Translations under genes and position numbers: made by a program | The notes under the pieces: model-generated | The model's database searches: none | Told to the model about the DNA's origin: nothing | The model's input: the letters and a program-made list of their open reading frames with translations, nothing else | Shown here: positions 51,244 to 61,254 of the stretch, one piece after another | Numbering within the stretch: position 1 is the stretch's first letter | How the letters are laid out: the number at the start of each line of letters is the position of its first letter | Source: Candidatus Latescibacterota bacterium | Lineage (GTDB): Bacteria > Latescibacterota > UBA2968 > UBA8231 | Direction: 5' to 3' | Assembly (NCBI GenBank): GCA_965243025.1 | Contig: CBDETY010000003.1 | Location: 992,001-1,056,000 of the forward strand | Length of the DNA stretch: 64,000 nt

Positions 51244-52770
51244 TCAGATCCTCGCCGGCGCCAGGGGCCACGCCTGCAGGGACCGCACCCTTGCATCGCC
51301 CCCGCGCGCGAACAGGCTGACTCCGGTGCTGTCGGGCCGGGTCGGGTAGATGCGCTGGGTCACGCACTGCCGGCGGTTCGCGAACACCTCGAGGATCGAG
51401 CGGTCGAGGAATATCCGCAGCGTCAGAAGCTCCCCTGGTTCCAGCTCGAACGGCCCCTCCTGGGCGGTGACGTACTGCTCGCTCTCCGCCAGGTGCGGCT
51501 GCGGCCTGCGGTAACGGGTGTAGCGGATCTCCGGGTCGAGCGACGAGCGGCTGACCTCCACCCGCAGCACCGCGGCCTCGGCGTCCCAGGAGACCGCGGT
51601 CTCCTCCTCGCCTCCCGGGGAGCGCCGCACCTTCAGCCCCACCTCCCTCGCTTCCAGCGGATCGATCTCGACCGCCACCTCCAGGCAGTCACCGCCGACC
51701 CCCTCGACCGCCGCCTCGGAATCGGCGGGCACGTCGATGGATCCGTGCCGGACCGCATCCAGCCGCAGAACCTCCAGCTCGGGTACCGGATCGATCCGCA
51801 GGCGGCCGTCCGGGCCGAGCGACAGCAGGCGCGGGGCGGTCATGACGCCAGACCACCCGGAGGCGCGCTCCCGCTCGACGCCGCGCAGCTCCCGGATCCA
51901 GTCGAAGAAGACGCGCCGGCCCCGAGCGTCCAGAAGGGTCCGGGGCCCGCCGAGATGGCCGCCCTCCCAGCTCATGCGGCCGTGGACATCCGGGTAGAAC
52001 CGTTCCTCGCGGACCCGGCCGATGTAGTACTGGCTTCCCTGCAGGTGGCTGCAGAAGAGCAGCATGTGGCGGTCTCCGAGCGGGAAGAAATCGGGAACCG
52101 CGCAGTCCTCGCCTGCCTCCGTCCACTCCCGCCGCGACCGGTAGAACAGCCCGGCGAACTCCCAGTTCCTCAGGTCGGGCGATCTGAACAGGTACGCCGC
52201 GTCCCCCTGGTCCTCAGGGTCGCGCTTGTTGACGGCGGCGTAGTAGAGGCCGCCCTCCAGCCAGCCGCAGGGGTCGTGGATGGTGTAGCGGCCGAAGCCG
52301 GGGTCGCCCTCCTGCGGCTGCGGGATCACGGGGTTTCCCGGGTCTTTCGTCCACTCGAGCAGCAGGTCGTCGCTGCTGCGGGCGAGGCAGAGGCCGTCGG
52401 GATTGCCGTAGTAGATCAGCCTCGGGACCCCTGCCTTGTCGACAAGGGCCCCGCCGCTGAAGCAGCCGATGCGGTCCGGTCCGTCATCCTCCGGCGTCAG
52501 CGCCACCGGATGGTGGACCCAGTGCACGAGGTCGGCGCTGGAGGCGTGCCCCCACTGGATGCGGTTCCAGTAGGCCCCGTCCGGGTTGAGCTGGTAGAAG
52601 ATGTGGCAGCGCCCCTTCCAGTAGATGGCCCCGTTGATGTCGTTCATCCAGGCGGCAGGGGGCGTGAAGTGCCAGGCCGGCCGGTGCGGATCCCCGGCGA
52701 AGGCCGCAGCGAGATCGCCGGCCTCCCGGATCCGCGCTTCCGTCCGCTCAATCCGGTTTTCAGAAGTCAT
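51244..52770 (-). CDS. Glycoside hydrolase family 32-like protein with atypical catalytic motifs
   Basis: HRPAWHF, WMNDING, WGHASS.DLVHW, CFSG, IHDP, DCAVPDFF, GWSG.M..PR, LRIFLDRS.LEVF. Confidence 0.85.
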   Translation of the reverse strand: MTSENRIERTEARIREAGDLAAAFAGDPHRPAWHFTPPAAWMNDINGAIYWKGRCHIFYQLNPDGAYWNRIQWGHASSADLVHWVHHPVALTPEDDGPDRIGCFSGGALVDKAGVPRLIYYGNPDGLCLARSSDDLLLEWTKDPGNPVIPQPQEGDPGFGRYTIHDPCGWLEGGLYYAAVNKRDPEDQGDAAYLFRSPDLRNWEFAGLFYRSRREWTEAGEDCAVPDFFPLGDRHMLLFCSHLQGSQYYIGRVREERFYPDVHGRMSWEGGHLGGPRTLLDARGRRVFFDWIRELRGVERERASGWSGVMTAPRLLSLGPDGRLRIDPVPELEVLRLDAVRHGSIDVPADSEAAVEGVGGDCLEVAVEIDPLEAREVGLKVRRSPGGEEETAVSWDAEAAVLRVEVSRSSLDPEIRYTRYRRPQPHLAESEQYVTAQEGPFELEPGELLTLRIFLDRSILEVFANRRQCVTQRIYPTRPDSTGVSLFARGGDARVRSLQAWPLAPARI

Positions 52771-53039
52771 GGGAAATCCCTGGGTTGCTGCCCGGAGTTC
52801 CGGGCATGAGCGATATTCCTGTCCTGTGCCGGGACAATAGCAAACCGGGACGGACCCTGTCGAGAAGGCGGAAGCCCGTGCCTGTTGCCTGAGGTTCACC
52901 CGTACCCGGCAGGTGTTTTTCGAGGGAACGTTCTCCCGGAATCCCCCGTCATATGGAGGATCACCCTTCATTCGACGGCGAGCGCATCCTGCGGGACCGG
53001 CCCTGTGATAATCAAGGGCGCTCCAGGCCGGACAGATTC

Positions 53040-54401
53040 ATGACGGAAGAAAATTTCAGCAACAGCATGGAATCCCGGATCTCGGAGTGGCGCGCCTGCG
53101 TGCGGGGCCGGGGGATTCCCGGCTCCGAGCTGGAGGAGCAGGAGCGCCTCCTGCGCCGGGAAGCGGCCGCGCTGGTGCAGGCCGGCCTTGAGCCAGAGGA
53201 GGCCTTCCTCGTGGCGGTCAAGCGGATCGGACGCCCCGACCCGCAATCGGGAGGGTTCGCCCCGGCGGACCTGGCCGGCTTGTGGAAACAGCTGGTCGCC
53301 GGCCCCGTCGCGGCTGCCGCCCGGACCGCTCCGCGGGAGATCCTCGTCGTTCTCGGCCTGGCTGCCGCGGGCGCCGCGGGGGTGAAGGCGCCCGAGCTGT
53401 TCGGCTGCTCGATGTTTGCCGGCTGCGAAAGCTTCCATGCCCGCAACCTCCCCCTCCTGGCGCTGATTCTGTTGACCGGGTACTTCGCCTGGAAGCGCCG
53501 GCTCGACAGGGGCCGCTGCCTGCGGCTGGCCCTGCCGTTCGCCGCGGCCGCTCTGTTCGCCAACATCTACCCCTTCTCGCCTGAGGGCTCCACCGAGGTG
53601 CTCACGGTGCTGCACATGCCGATAGCGCTGTGGCTGGCGGTCGGCTTCGCCCACGCCGGGGGCCGCTGGGGCTCCCCGGCCCGGCGCATGGAGTTCGTCC
53701 GCTTCTCCGGGGAGATGTTCATCCTCTACGTGCTCATCGCCCTCGGGGGCGGCGTGCTGACCGGGGTCACGGGGATGCTGTTCGCCGGCATCGGTCTCGA
53801 CGTCGAGTGGCTCGGACCGCTGCTGCTGCCCTGCGGGGCCATGGGGGCCGTCGTCGTCGCCGCCTGGCTTGCCGAGGTCAGGCAGGCGGTCGCCGGCAAC
53901 ATCGCCCCCATGCTGACGCGGCTGTTCACGCCGCTGTTCGCCGCGGTGCTGCTCGCTTTCCTCGGGGCCATGGTCTGGACCGGCAGCGGAGTCGGGGTGG
54001 AGCGGGAAGTGCTGATCGGTTTCGACCTGCTGCTGGTGCTCGTGCTCGGCATGGTGCTGTACGCGGTTTCTTCGCGCGACCCGGGGGCGCCTCCCGGCCT
54101 CTTCGACCTGCTCCAGCTTCTGCTTCTGGCCGCCGCCCTCGCCGCCGACGCCGCGGCCCTGGCGGCGATCGCGGGACGCATCTCCGAGTTCGGGTTCAGC
54201 GCCAACAAAGTGGCCGCCCTCGGGGAAAATCTCGTCCTGCTCGTCAACCTGGGGTGGTCGGCGTGGCTGTACGCGCGGTTCCTGCGGGGCCGCGGCTCCT
54301 TCTCCGCCCTGGAGCGCTGGCAGACATCCTACCTGCCGGTTTACGCTGTCTGGGCGGCGATCGTCGCCGTTCTCTTTCCGCCGCTTTTCGGTTATGTCTG
54401 A
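53040..54401 (+). CDS. Permease-prefix-domain integral membrane protein
   Basis: N-terminal ELE..L......L..AGL..EEAF.VAV.R.G motif followed by about 11 TM segments. Confidence 0.75.
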   Translation: MTEENFSNSMESRISEWRACVRGRGIPGSELEEQERLLRREAAALVQAGLEPEEAFLVAVKRIGRPDPQSGGFAPADLAGLWKQLVAGPVAAAARTAPREILVVLGLAAAGAAGVKAPELFGCSMFAGCESFHARNLPLLALILLTGYFAWKRRLDRGRCLRLALPFAAAALFANIYPFSPEGSTEVLTVLHMPIALWLAVGFAHAGGRWGSPARRMEFVRFSGEMFILYVLIALGGGVLTGVTGMLFAGIGLDVEWLGPLLLPCGAMGAVVVAAWLAEVRQAVAGNIAPMLTRLFTPLFAAVLLAFLGAMVWTGSGVGVEREVLIGFDLLLVLVLGMVLYAVSSRDPGAPPGLFDLLQLLLLAAALAADAAALAAIAGRISEFGFSANKVAALGENLVLLVNLGWSAWLYARFLRGRGSFSALERWQTSYLPVYAVWAAIVAVLFPPLFGYV

Positions 54402-54563
54402 AAGAGGGCGGAGGCTGCGGCCCACAGGTACAACGGAAGATCGCGGGGCTCGGAATGCAGTTCCCCGGCGGCATGAGGTCCCGGCGTTCGAAAAGGAGGT
54501 TCCTCAGTGAACTCCAGGATGCGTGCAATTCAGGGTGAGTCCTTCCGGCTGCGGAATGCCGGC

Positions 54564-55079
54564 ATGCGGATGTGGTTGAAGCCGCTTGCCATCGCCTCCC
54601 TCCTCCTCGCCTCTTCCTGCGGCAAGGAGGATCCGGCGCAACCCGTGGGCGGAACGGAAGAGGCGCGGGTAAAGGCAGAGCTTGAGGGTCGCTCCTTCCG
54701 CCAGTTCGAGCCTTCCAGGGACGCGGATCGACGGAAAGCCGTCATCCTCGATTTCTTCGAGGGGATCACCATCTGGGCGCAGTATGCCGAGGGGAACCGG
54801 GCGGTATCCGAGTGGGAGGTGTCAGCGAGAGATTACCGAATCGAGCAGAATGGAACCTCGGTGGTCACCATTCATCTCGAGGAACCGGGCTCGAGCAGGC
54901 AGTTCCCCGAGGAGTGCGCGGACTGCATTCCGACTTCCAGGCTGTCGATCTCCATCCGGAACGTCTTCGATCCCGGGAGGATCTCCTTCAAGCTGAACGA
55001 TCCCGGCAACGACCTGCCCTCGCCGTTTCCGGTGTTCAAATCCTGGACCCGGTTCGAGGAAGACGAATACTTCGACTAG
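54564..55079 (+). CDS. Putative lipoprotein
   Basis: MRMWLKPLAIASLLLASSC-GKEDP lipobox. Confidence 0.7.
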   Translation: MRMWLKPLAIASLLLASSCGKEDPAQPVGGTEEARVKAELEGRSFRQFEPSRDADRRKAVILDFFEGITIWAQYAEGNRAVSEWEVSARDYRIEQNGTSVVTIHLEEPGSSRQFPEECADCIPTSRLSISIRNVFDPGRISFKLNDPGNDLPSPFPVFKSWTRFEEDEYFD

Positions 55080-55129
55080 CCTGCAATCGACTACGGGCCC
55101 CGGGACCTGACTGGAAAACCGAGGTTGAA

Positions 55130-56233
55130 ATGGACACGGAAAAAGCGGTAGAGCTTTTCGAAAAGAACTGGTTCCTGCGCGACCGGGAGAAACCCAAGCT
55201 CACCCCCGCCGAGCGGCAGCTGGTCGCCGCGGCGATGGGCCCGGCCCCGAAGCGGTGGGACGGCGCTCCCGATGTCGGGCGGATGGAAGAAATACTTGCC
55301 GCAAATCCGCAGGTGCTCGACCGCATCGGCGAGAATCTGCTTCAGGTCGTGGCCGCCATGAGAGGGTGCGGGCCGGCGGTGACGTTCCTCCTGGACCGCG
55401 GCGTGCCCCTCGAGATCGACGAATCGGCGTACAACGTGCTCCACGAGGCGGCCTGGGGAGGCATGGAGGATACCCTCCGGGCCGTGTTCGAGTCGGGGGC
55501 CGCGGACGCGACCTGCGTTTCGGTGCTGAAGCCGCACGTCGGCTGGCCCGACAACATCTCGCTCATGTACTGGGCGGCGTGCGGCGGCCACGTCGAGTGC
55601 GCCAGGCTCCTGATCCGCTACGGCGCCGGCGTTCATCACGAGCTGCCGATCAAGGGGAACGGCGAGAGGGGAACCACCTCCCTTCAGGAAGCGGTGGCGC
55701 CGAGCCATTGGGGCAAGGACCCTTCGCGGCTGGAGAGAAGGCTTGCGGTCGCGCGCCTCCTCATCGAGGACGGGGCGTACTACGACGTGTACTCTGCCTG
55801 CGCTCTCAACGACAGCGCCCGCCTGAAGGAGCTCATCGACGGGGACGCCGGGGTCGTCGTCGCCGCCGATGGGTACGGAATGACGCCGCTTCACTGGGCG
55901 GCGCGGGCAGGCTCGAGGGAGTGCGCGGAGAGGCTGCTGGCCCGGGGGGCCGAGGTGGACGCCCCGAACAAGGCGCGGCGCACGCCGCTGCCGCTGGCCG
56001 CCGAAGGGGACCGGCCGGAGATGATACGCCTGCTTTCCCGGCACGGGGCCGACCTGAACACCCAGGACAGGAAGGGGCGCACTCCCCTTCACCGCGCCAC
56101 CTACGAAGGCCGCGTCGCGGCGACCGAGGCCCTGCTCGATGCGGGAGCCGATCCCGCGGTCCTCAACCGGAACGGCAGGACCGCCTTCGAGATCGCCCGG
56201 AAGGAAGCGAAGCACTTCAGGCAGCGGGTCTGA
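55130..56233 (+). CDS. Ankyrin-repeat protein
   Basis: GAGG RBS; G.TPLH.AA..G....LL..GA.V repeats in the C-terminal half. Confidence 0.88.
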   Translation: MDTEKAVELFEKNWFLRDREKPKLTPAERQLVAAAMGPAPKRWDGAPDVGRMEEILAANPQVLDRIGENLLQVVAAMRGCGPAVTFLLDRGVPLEIDESAYNVLHEAAWGGMEDTLRAVFESGAADATCVSVLKPHVGWPDNISLMYWAACGGHVECARLLIRYGAGVHHELPIKGNGERGTTSLQEAVAPSHWGKDPSRLERRLAVARLLIEDGAYYDVYSACALNDSARLKELIDGDAGVVVAADGYGMTPLHWAARAGSRECAERLLARGAEVDAPNKARRTPLPLAAEGDRPEMIRLLSRHGADLNTQDRKGRTPLHRATYEGRVAATEALLDAGADPAVLNRNGRTAFEIARKEAKHFRQRV

Positions 56234-56506
56234 GAGGGCCCCGCCCGCCAATGCGGATTCGGCGTTGCGCCTGTCCGCCGAATCGCACTGATTCGCTCCT
56301 GCTCGCGTACCCCCTTAAAAGGCTCGCGATGCCTGCTGGGCAGGCAGGATCAAAGAAGAGGGCTCCACCCCCGGCTCGCGCAGGCGACCGGACGAGCCAT
56401 GCGAGGGGGTATCGGTGAGGGAAGGCGACGGGACAAGCCGCCCCCAGGCTTTTGATTCACCCCCTGAGAAGCCCTTCACCAGGCTTCCTGTTTCCGGAGA
56501 ACAGCC

Positions 56507-58996
56507 ATGTCCGATCCTTTCACACCACTGAATATCGAGGGCGCCCTCAACGCCGGGGCCGGCAACGTCGAGATCGACGGCGACTGGCTGTGGCCCTGTA
56601 ATCCGGACGACCCGGACGGCACCGGGCTCGCCGGCATGCCCGCGGGGGAGCACCGCTTCTGGGGGATCCCCTTTCACCTGGCGCCGGCCGGCGCCGGCGA
56701 ACGCTTCGCCGTGGTGTCCCGGGCCGGCGGCAGGAAGGTGGCCGGGTCGGCAACCGTGCCGGTGGGGGCAAAGGCCAGGCGGGTCCTGTTCGCCCACGTC
56801 TGTTCCCCCTGCAACGGGGAACGGGCGACCATCGAGGGGGCCGCCGAGCAGGTCGGGACCTACCGCATCCTGTTCGAGGACGGCTCCGCGGTCGAGCAGG
56901 AGCTGCGCCGCCGCTTCGAGATCCACGACGTCAACGTCCCCTGGGGGCACCACCCGTTCCTCTGCCGCAACTGCCGCGAGTTCCGGTCGGTTCCGCTCCA
57001 CGACAAGGACGGTCCCTGGGGCCGCAACCAGGTCGGCACCGTCACCGAGAACGGCGGCGACCTCGAGGGCTGGTGGCTGTTCGACTGGGAGAACCCCCAC
57101 CCGGACAAACGGATAGAGGAGATCGCGCTGACCGCCTCCGGAGCGGCTGCGGTGGCGCTCGGCGCCGTCACCCTGTGCGACGAGGCGGGCGACCCTCTGG
57201 CCTGGCCTGCGCGCGCGGCCGTCGCCGTCACCGCGGGCGGGGGGGAAGAACCGGAGCTGTCGATGGAGCGCGGCGTGATCGCCCGCCAGGACGCCCTGTT
57301 CGTCCCGGAGGAAGGGTACCTGACGTCGGAGGAATCCGGCTGGGGGCTCGGGGGCCAGGAGGTGCGGCCCGGCGGCTACGCCGAGATCCACGGCTCCGCC
57401 GAAGGCCGGCTCGGGGTCCGCACTGAAGCGGACGGGGAGGAGGAGATCCGCTGGGGAGACGTGCTCGATTCCGGCGCAGTGGATCAGGGCCGGGTCCGGG
57501 TCGAGCTGGTCAGCCCGCGCGGCAACCAGTGGGTGCACGTGCAGGTCGTCGACGGGGAGAGCGGGAAGCCGGTGGGGACGCGGGTGCACTTCCGCTCGCC
57601 GCAGGGCGCCTACATCGCCCCCCACGGCCACCAGGCCGACATCAACACCGCCTGGTTCGAGGACATCGGCGGCGACTGCAAGGTGCGGGGCACCCCGTAC
57701 GCCTACATCGACGGCACTTGCCAGATCGACCTGCCGGTCGGGGAGGTCTACGTCGAGGCGGTGCGGGGGTTCGAGTACCGGCCGCTGCGCCGCAAGCTGG
57801 AGATCAAGCCGGGGCAGCGCCACCTGACGCTGACCCTGGAACGGGCCCTCGACATGAAGGAGCGCGGCTACTACTCGGGCGACACCCACGTCCACTTCCT
57901 GTCGTCGCAGTCGGCCCATCTCGAGGCGGCTGCCGAGGACCTCGACGTCACCCACCTGCTCGCCAGCCAGTGGGGGCGGCTGTTCACCAGCTGGGAGGAG
58001 TTCACCGGGGGGCTGGCGCCGACCAGCAGCGACGAGAACCTGATCTGGGTCAGCCAGGAGAACCGGCAGCACGTGCTCGGCCACATCAGCCTGCTGGGAC
58101 TGAAGGAGATGGTCGCCCCGCTGTGCACCGGCGGCCCCCAGGAGGACTGGATCGGCGGCGCCATCGAGGTGCTGATGGCGGACTGGGCGGAGGCATGCAG
58201 GAGCCAGGGCGGCCTGGTGATCATGCCCCACATGCCGGTGCCGGACTTCGAGAACGCCGCCAACATCGTCATGGGCCACGCCGACGCCGCGGAGATGTGC
58301 TGGGTCTGGCAGGGGGAGCGGATCGGCCAGGGGGAGCTGGGGTACTACCGCTGGCTCAACGTCGGCCAGAAGCTTCCCATCGTCGGGGGCACCGACAAGA
58401 TGTCGAACGACCGCGTTCTCGGGGGCTCGCGCACCTACGCGCAGCTCGCCGCCGGGGAGGAGTTCACCTTCGACAACTGGTGCCGGGCGGTGCGCCGCGG
58501 CACGACCTTCGCCAGCACCGGGGCGATGATCGACCTGCAGGTCGAGGGGCGGGGGATGGGGGAGGAGATCCACCTGCCCGGAAACGGCGGCACCGTCGAG
58601 GTCGAGGCGACCGCCGAGTCGGTCTGGCCCCTGACCGCGGTCGAGCTGATCGTCAACGGCGTTCCCGACGTGCGCGAGACCGCGCACGGGCCGACGACGA
58701 GGATCACCCTGCGCCACAAGCTGACGACGGAGAAGCCCTGCTGGGTGGCGGCCCGCTGCTGGGGCCCGCACCTGACCGACGCCGGCCCGGTGATGGCGCA
58801 CTCGTCGCCCGTCTACGTCAGCGTCGGCGGCCGGGAAGCCTTCGAGCCGGCGGACGGCCAGTACCTGATGACGCACATGGAAGGGGGCATCACCTGGGCG
58901 CAGCGGATCGGGGTCTTCCGGGAGGAGGCGGTCAGGGAGCGGCTGATCGCCCTGTTCAGGGAGGCGCAGGAAGAGCTGGGCCGCCGGGCGGGGTAG
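56507..58996 (+). CDS. CehA/McbA-family PHP metallohydrolase
   Basis: GYYSGDTHVH, E.R...LGH, PH, YY..LN.G.K.P..GGTD, RTY, AHSSP. Confidence 0.85.
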   Translation: MSDPFTPLNIEGALNAGAGNVEIDGDWLWPCNPDDPDGTGLAGMPAGEHRFWGIPFHLAPAGAGERFAVVSRAGGRKVAGSATVPVGAKARRVLFAHVCSPCNGERATIEGAAEQVGTYRILFEDGSAVEQELRRRFEIHDVNVPWGHHPFLCRNCREFRSVPLHDKDGPWGRNQVGTVTENGGDLEGWWLFDWENPHPDKRIEEIALTASGAAAVALGAVTLCDEAGDPLAWPARAAVAVTAGGGEEPELSMERGVIARQDALFVPEEGYLTSEESGWGLGGQEVRPGGYAEIHGSAEGRLGVRTEADGEEEIRWGDVLDSGAVDQGRVRVELVSPRGNQWVHVQVVDGESGKPVGTRVHFRSPQGAYIAPHGHQADINTAWFEDIGGDCKVRGTPYAYIDGTCQIDLPVGEVYVEAVRGFEYRPLRRKLEIKPGQRHLTLTLERALDMKERGYYSGDTHVHFLSSQSAHLEAAAEDLDVTHLLASQWGRLFTSWEEFTGGLAPTSSDENLIWVSQENRQHVLGHISLLGLKEMVAPLCTGGPQEDWIGGAIEVLMADWAEACRSQGGLVIMPHMPVPDFENAANIVMGHADAAEMCWVWQGERIGQGELGYYRWLNVGQKLPIVGGTDKMSNDRVLGGSRTYAQLAAGEEFTFDNWCRAVRRGTTFASTGAMIDLQVEGRGMGEEIHLPGNGGTVEVEATAESVWPLTAVELIVNGVPDVRETAHGPTTRITLRHKLTTEKPCWVAARCWGPHLTDAGPVMAHSSPVYVSVGGREAFEPADGQYLMTHMEGGITWAQRIGVFREEAVRERLIALFREAQEELGRRAG

Positions 58997-59016
58997 CGGC
59001 CCGGGATAGAGGAACC

Positions 59017-59703
59017 TCAGGCCTCGAAGGCGAGCACCCGCAGGGGAATCGCGTCGGTCTTCAGGGCCGGCAGCTGAATCGCCATGACGTAGACCCGGCT
59101 CGAGCGCAGCTCGCCGAGGTTGGCCAGGCTCTCGATCAGCGGGATCCCCCGGTCGAACAGGGTGTGGTGATTCGGCAGATCCCGGCGCCCGGCCACCTCG
59201 AGGCCGGGTGAATCGATGCCGACCAGCCTGACGTCCGGGGCCACCAGCCATTCCAGGGCCTCGTTCGAGGGGAACGGGTGCCCCTGTTCCGCCGCCTGCC
59301 GCCGGTCCCAGTCGAAGTGCATGAAGAGGATGTCGCCGCGGCGGACGCCTCCCGCCTTCGCCGCCGCGGCTTGCACCGCCTCCGGCTCCAGCGGCCTCCC
59401 CCAGGGCACCTCCGTCAGATCGAGCACCACCGCCTCTCCGAAGAAGCGCTCCACCGGCACCTCCCCGACGGAGGCGCCGTTCTCGACCGCGTGCAGGGGT
59501 GCCTCGACGTGGGTGCCGGCGTGGCCCCCCAGGCGCAGGGTCGTCACCACGTACCAACGGCCCTCCGGCGGCGCGCTTTCCGGGTCGGGGACGATGCTCT
59601 CGATTTCGGTTTCGTAGCGGACCCAGGGGTGCTGGTCCGGTCCCGTGTCGAGGGGCCGCGACAGGTCGACGACGCGGCTGTAGTTGAAGGCCGGCGCGTT
59701 CAT
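59017..59703 (-). CDS. Cyclase family (kynurenine formamidase-like) protein
   Basis: DLS.PL, HAGTHVEAP.H, VGIDSP, H..L..G.P.IE.L.NL. Confidence 0.88.
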   Translation of the reverse strand: MNAPAFNYSRVVDLSRPLDTGPDQHPWVRYETEIESIVPDPESAPPEGRWYVVTTLRLGGHAGTHVEAPLHAVENGASVGEVPVERFFGEAVVLDLTEVPWGRPLEPEAVQAAAAKAGGVRRGDILFMHFDWDRRQAAEQGHPFPSNEALEWLVAPDVRLVGIDSPGLEVAGRRDLPNHHTLFDRGIPLIESLANLGELRSSRVYVMAIQLPALKTDAIPLRVLAFEA

Positions 59704-59788
59704 CGCTGGCCGAACCCGGGGAAATTCAGGCCCTCTCCCGCCACATCGGCGAAACCCCGAACTCCGGAAACGATCACGGATATCCCGG

Positions 59789-60568
59789 CTACAGGGGAGC
59801 CGAGGCCGCGGTTTTCAGGGCCATGGCGGCTTCGGCCGGGGACTCGTACGCGGGAAGCTCTCCGGTCACCGTCACCCTGCCGTCGTACCCCGCGAGTCGC
59901 AGGGCCCGCAGGTATTCCGAGTGATCGGACGGGTAGGTCCGCGGGCGCCCGCGGCCGGGCTCGGCGATGTGGGCGTGGGCGAGAAAGGGGCCGGCCTCGT
60001 CGAGCTCGTCGAACGACTCCCCGTTGAGCTTCATGTGGAAGAAGTCGGCCATCAGGCGGACGTTGGGGTGGTCGATCTCGCGGACCAGTTCGCAGGCCTC
60101 GGGGACGGTGTTCAGAAGGTTGGCGTCGTCCCGGTTGTAGGGCTCCAAGGCGGTGACGACGCCCCGGCCCGCCCCGATTTCGCCGCAGAGCTCGAGGAAC
60201 TCGCGCACCTGCCCGCGCGCGCGGCCGCGGTCGAAGCGGTCCGGGACCCAGCGCGACCCGCCGCTGCCGTACCCGATCACCTCGACGCCGACGGCCTGCA
60301 TGCGGTCGAACAGCCCGGTGACGAACTCGCGCAGGCGCTGCAGGTCGCGGTCCGGTCCGACCACCATGAGACCGCGTCCCTCCGGATCGCCGATGAAGCC
60401 GCATATGGTCTTGACGGGCAGGCGGGAAGCGGCGAGTCGGCGGGCGGTCCCGGCTGCATCCTCCGCCTCGAAGCCGATCCCCGTCGGGTTCCACTCGGCG
60501 TAGTCGTAGCCCCACTCGAGGGCTGAATCCAGCTGCTCGAAACTGCCGATCAGGTATCCTATTTCCAC
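59789..60568 (-). CDS. Sugar-phosphate isomerase/epimerase (xylose-isomerase-like TIM barrel)
   Basis: GYDYAE, GSGG.R, ALEP.N, D.FHM, HAH.AE, GYDG. Confidence 0.82.
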   Translation of the reverse strand: MEIGYLIGSFEQLDSALEWGYDYAEWNPTGIGFEAEDAAGTARRLAASRLPVKTICGFIGDPEGRGLMVVGPDRDLQRLREFVTGLFDRMQAVGVEVIGYGSGGSRWVPDRFDRGRARGQVREFLELCGEIGAGRGVVTALEPYNRDDANLLNTVPEACELVREIDHPNVRLMADFFHMKLNGESFDELDEAGPFLAHAHIAEPGRGRPRTYPSDHSEYLRALRLAGYDGRVTVTGELPAYESPAEAAMALKTAASAPL

Positions 60569-60786
60569 GGTCAAGGCTCTGGAGGGTTCACGGACGGCCC
60601 GGGTCCGGAGCGGTTCCGGACCGGAGGGTCGATCCGCCATTGTCGACGCCGCGGCGAATGAACCCAATACGGCCGGCGCCGGCAAGGTTCGCCGGGCAGG
60701 CTGCCGGATGGTCGAGATGCCTGCCTGCCGGGACTCTGCAGTGCCTCCCGCAACGGGGCGGGGACCGTCGCGCCTCCATGCAGGGC

Positions 60787-61206
60787 TCACTCGCAGTAGA
60801 CCCGGACCTTGTCCTCCCCGTCCTGGACGTTGACCTCGATTTCGCACAGTGCGTCGATCAACTGCTCGACGCCGTCGCTCCGCAGGTCGTGAAGGTCGAC
60901 GTCGATGCCCTTCTTCTTCATCGTCTTCCTGATTCCCTTCGCCGCCTGTTCGGGCAGCAGGGTGTGCAGCTTGACCCCGGCCTTTATCAGGGCCAGCGGC
61001 ACGCGGACGTCGACGTGCTCCCCTCCCTCCGAGTCGATCGTGACTCTCAGGAACTTGGCCGCTTCGGGGACCCGGTGCGCCAGCTGATGGGTCGAGGCGG
61101 TCGCCTCCGGTTCCCCGTCGACCAGGGAGAGCAGGCGTTCTGCTTCGTCGACGGTAATCCTGCCCTCGGCGAGCATCTCGAGTACGCGTCTGCTGTTCTC
61201 GTTCAT
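60787..61206 (-). CDS. SHOCT-like (YvlB/LiaX N-terminal) domain protein
   Basis: RRVLEMLAEGRITVDEAERLL; FLRV....V.VRVPL.L..G. Confidence 0.8.
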   Translation of the reverse strand: MNENSRRVLEMLAEGRITVDEAERLLSLVDGEPEATASTHQLAHRVPEAAKFLRVTIDSEGGEHVDVRVPLALIKAGVKLHTLLPEQAAKGIRKTMKKKGIDVDLHDLRSDGVEQLIDALCEIEVNVQDGEDKVRVYCE

Positions 61207-61254
61207 GGCAGTCCTTTCAATTGTCGTGCGCAGCGCCCGTATCGCAGTCCGGGG

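Noticed and set aside
58380-58398. Third copy of the TGTCGGTG palindrome (GTCGGGGGCACCGACA)
   Set aside because: Imperfect and lies in the conserved VGGTDK coding motif of the CehA/McbA gene
56315-59557. 1080-aa minus-strand ORF and other long shadow ORFs (78-1598, 4494-6218, 39279-41228, 52968-54425)
   Set aside because: Antisense or alternative-frame shadows of well-supported genes in high-GC DNA; Arg/Pro/Gly-rich with no motifs
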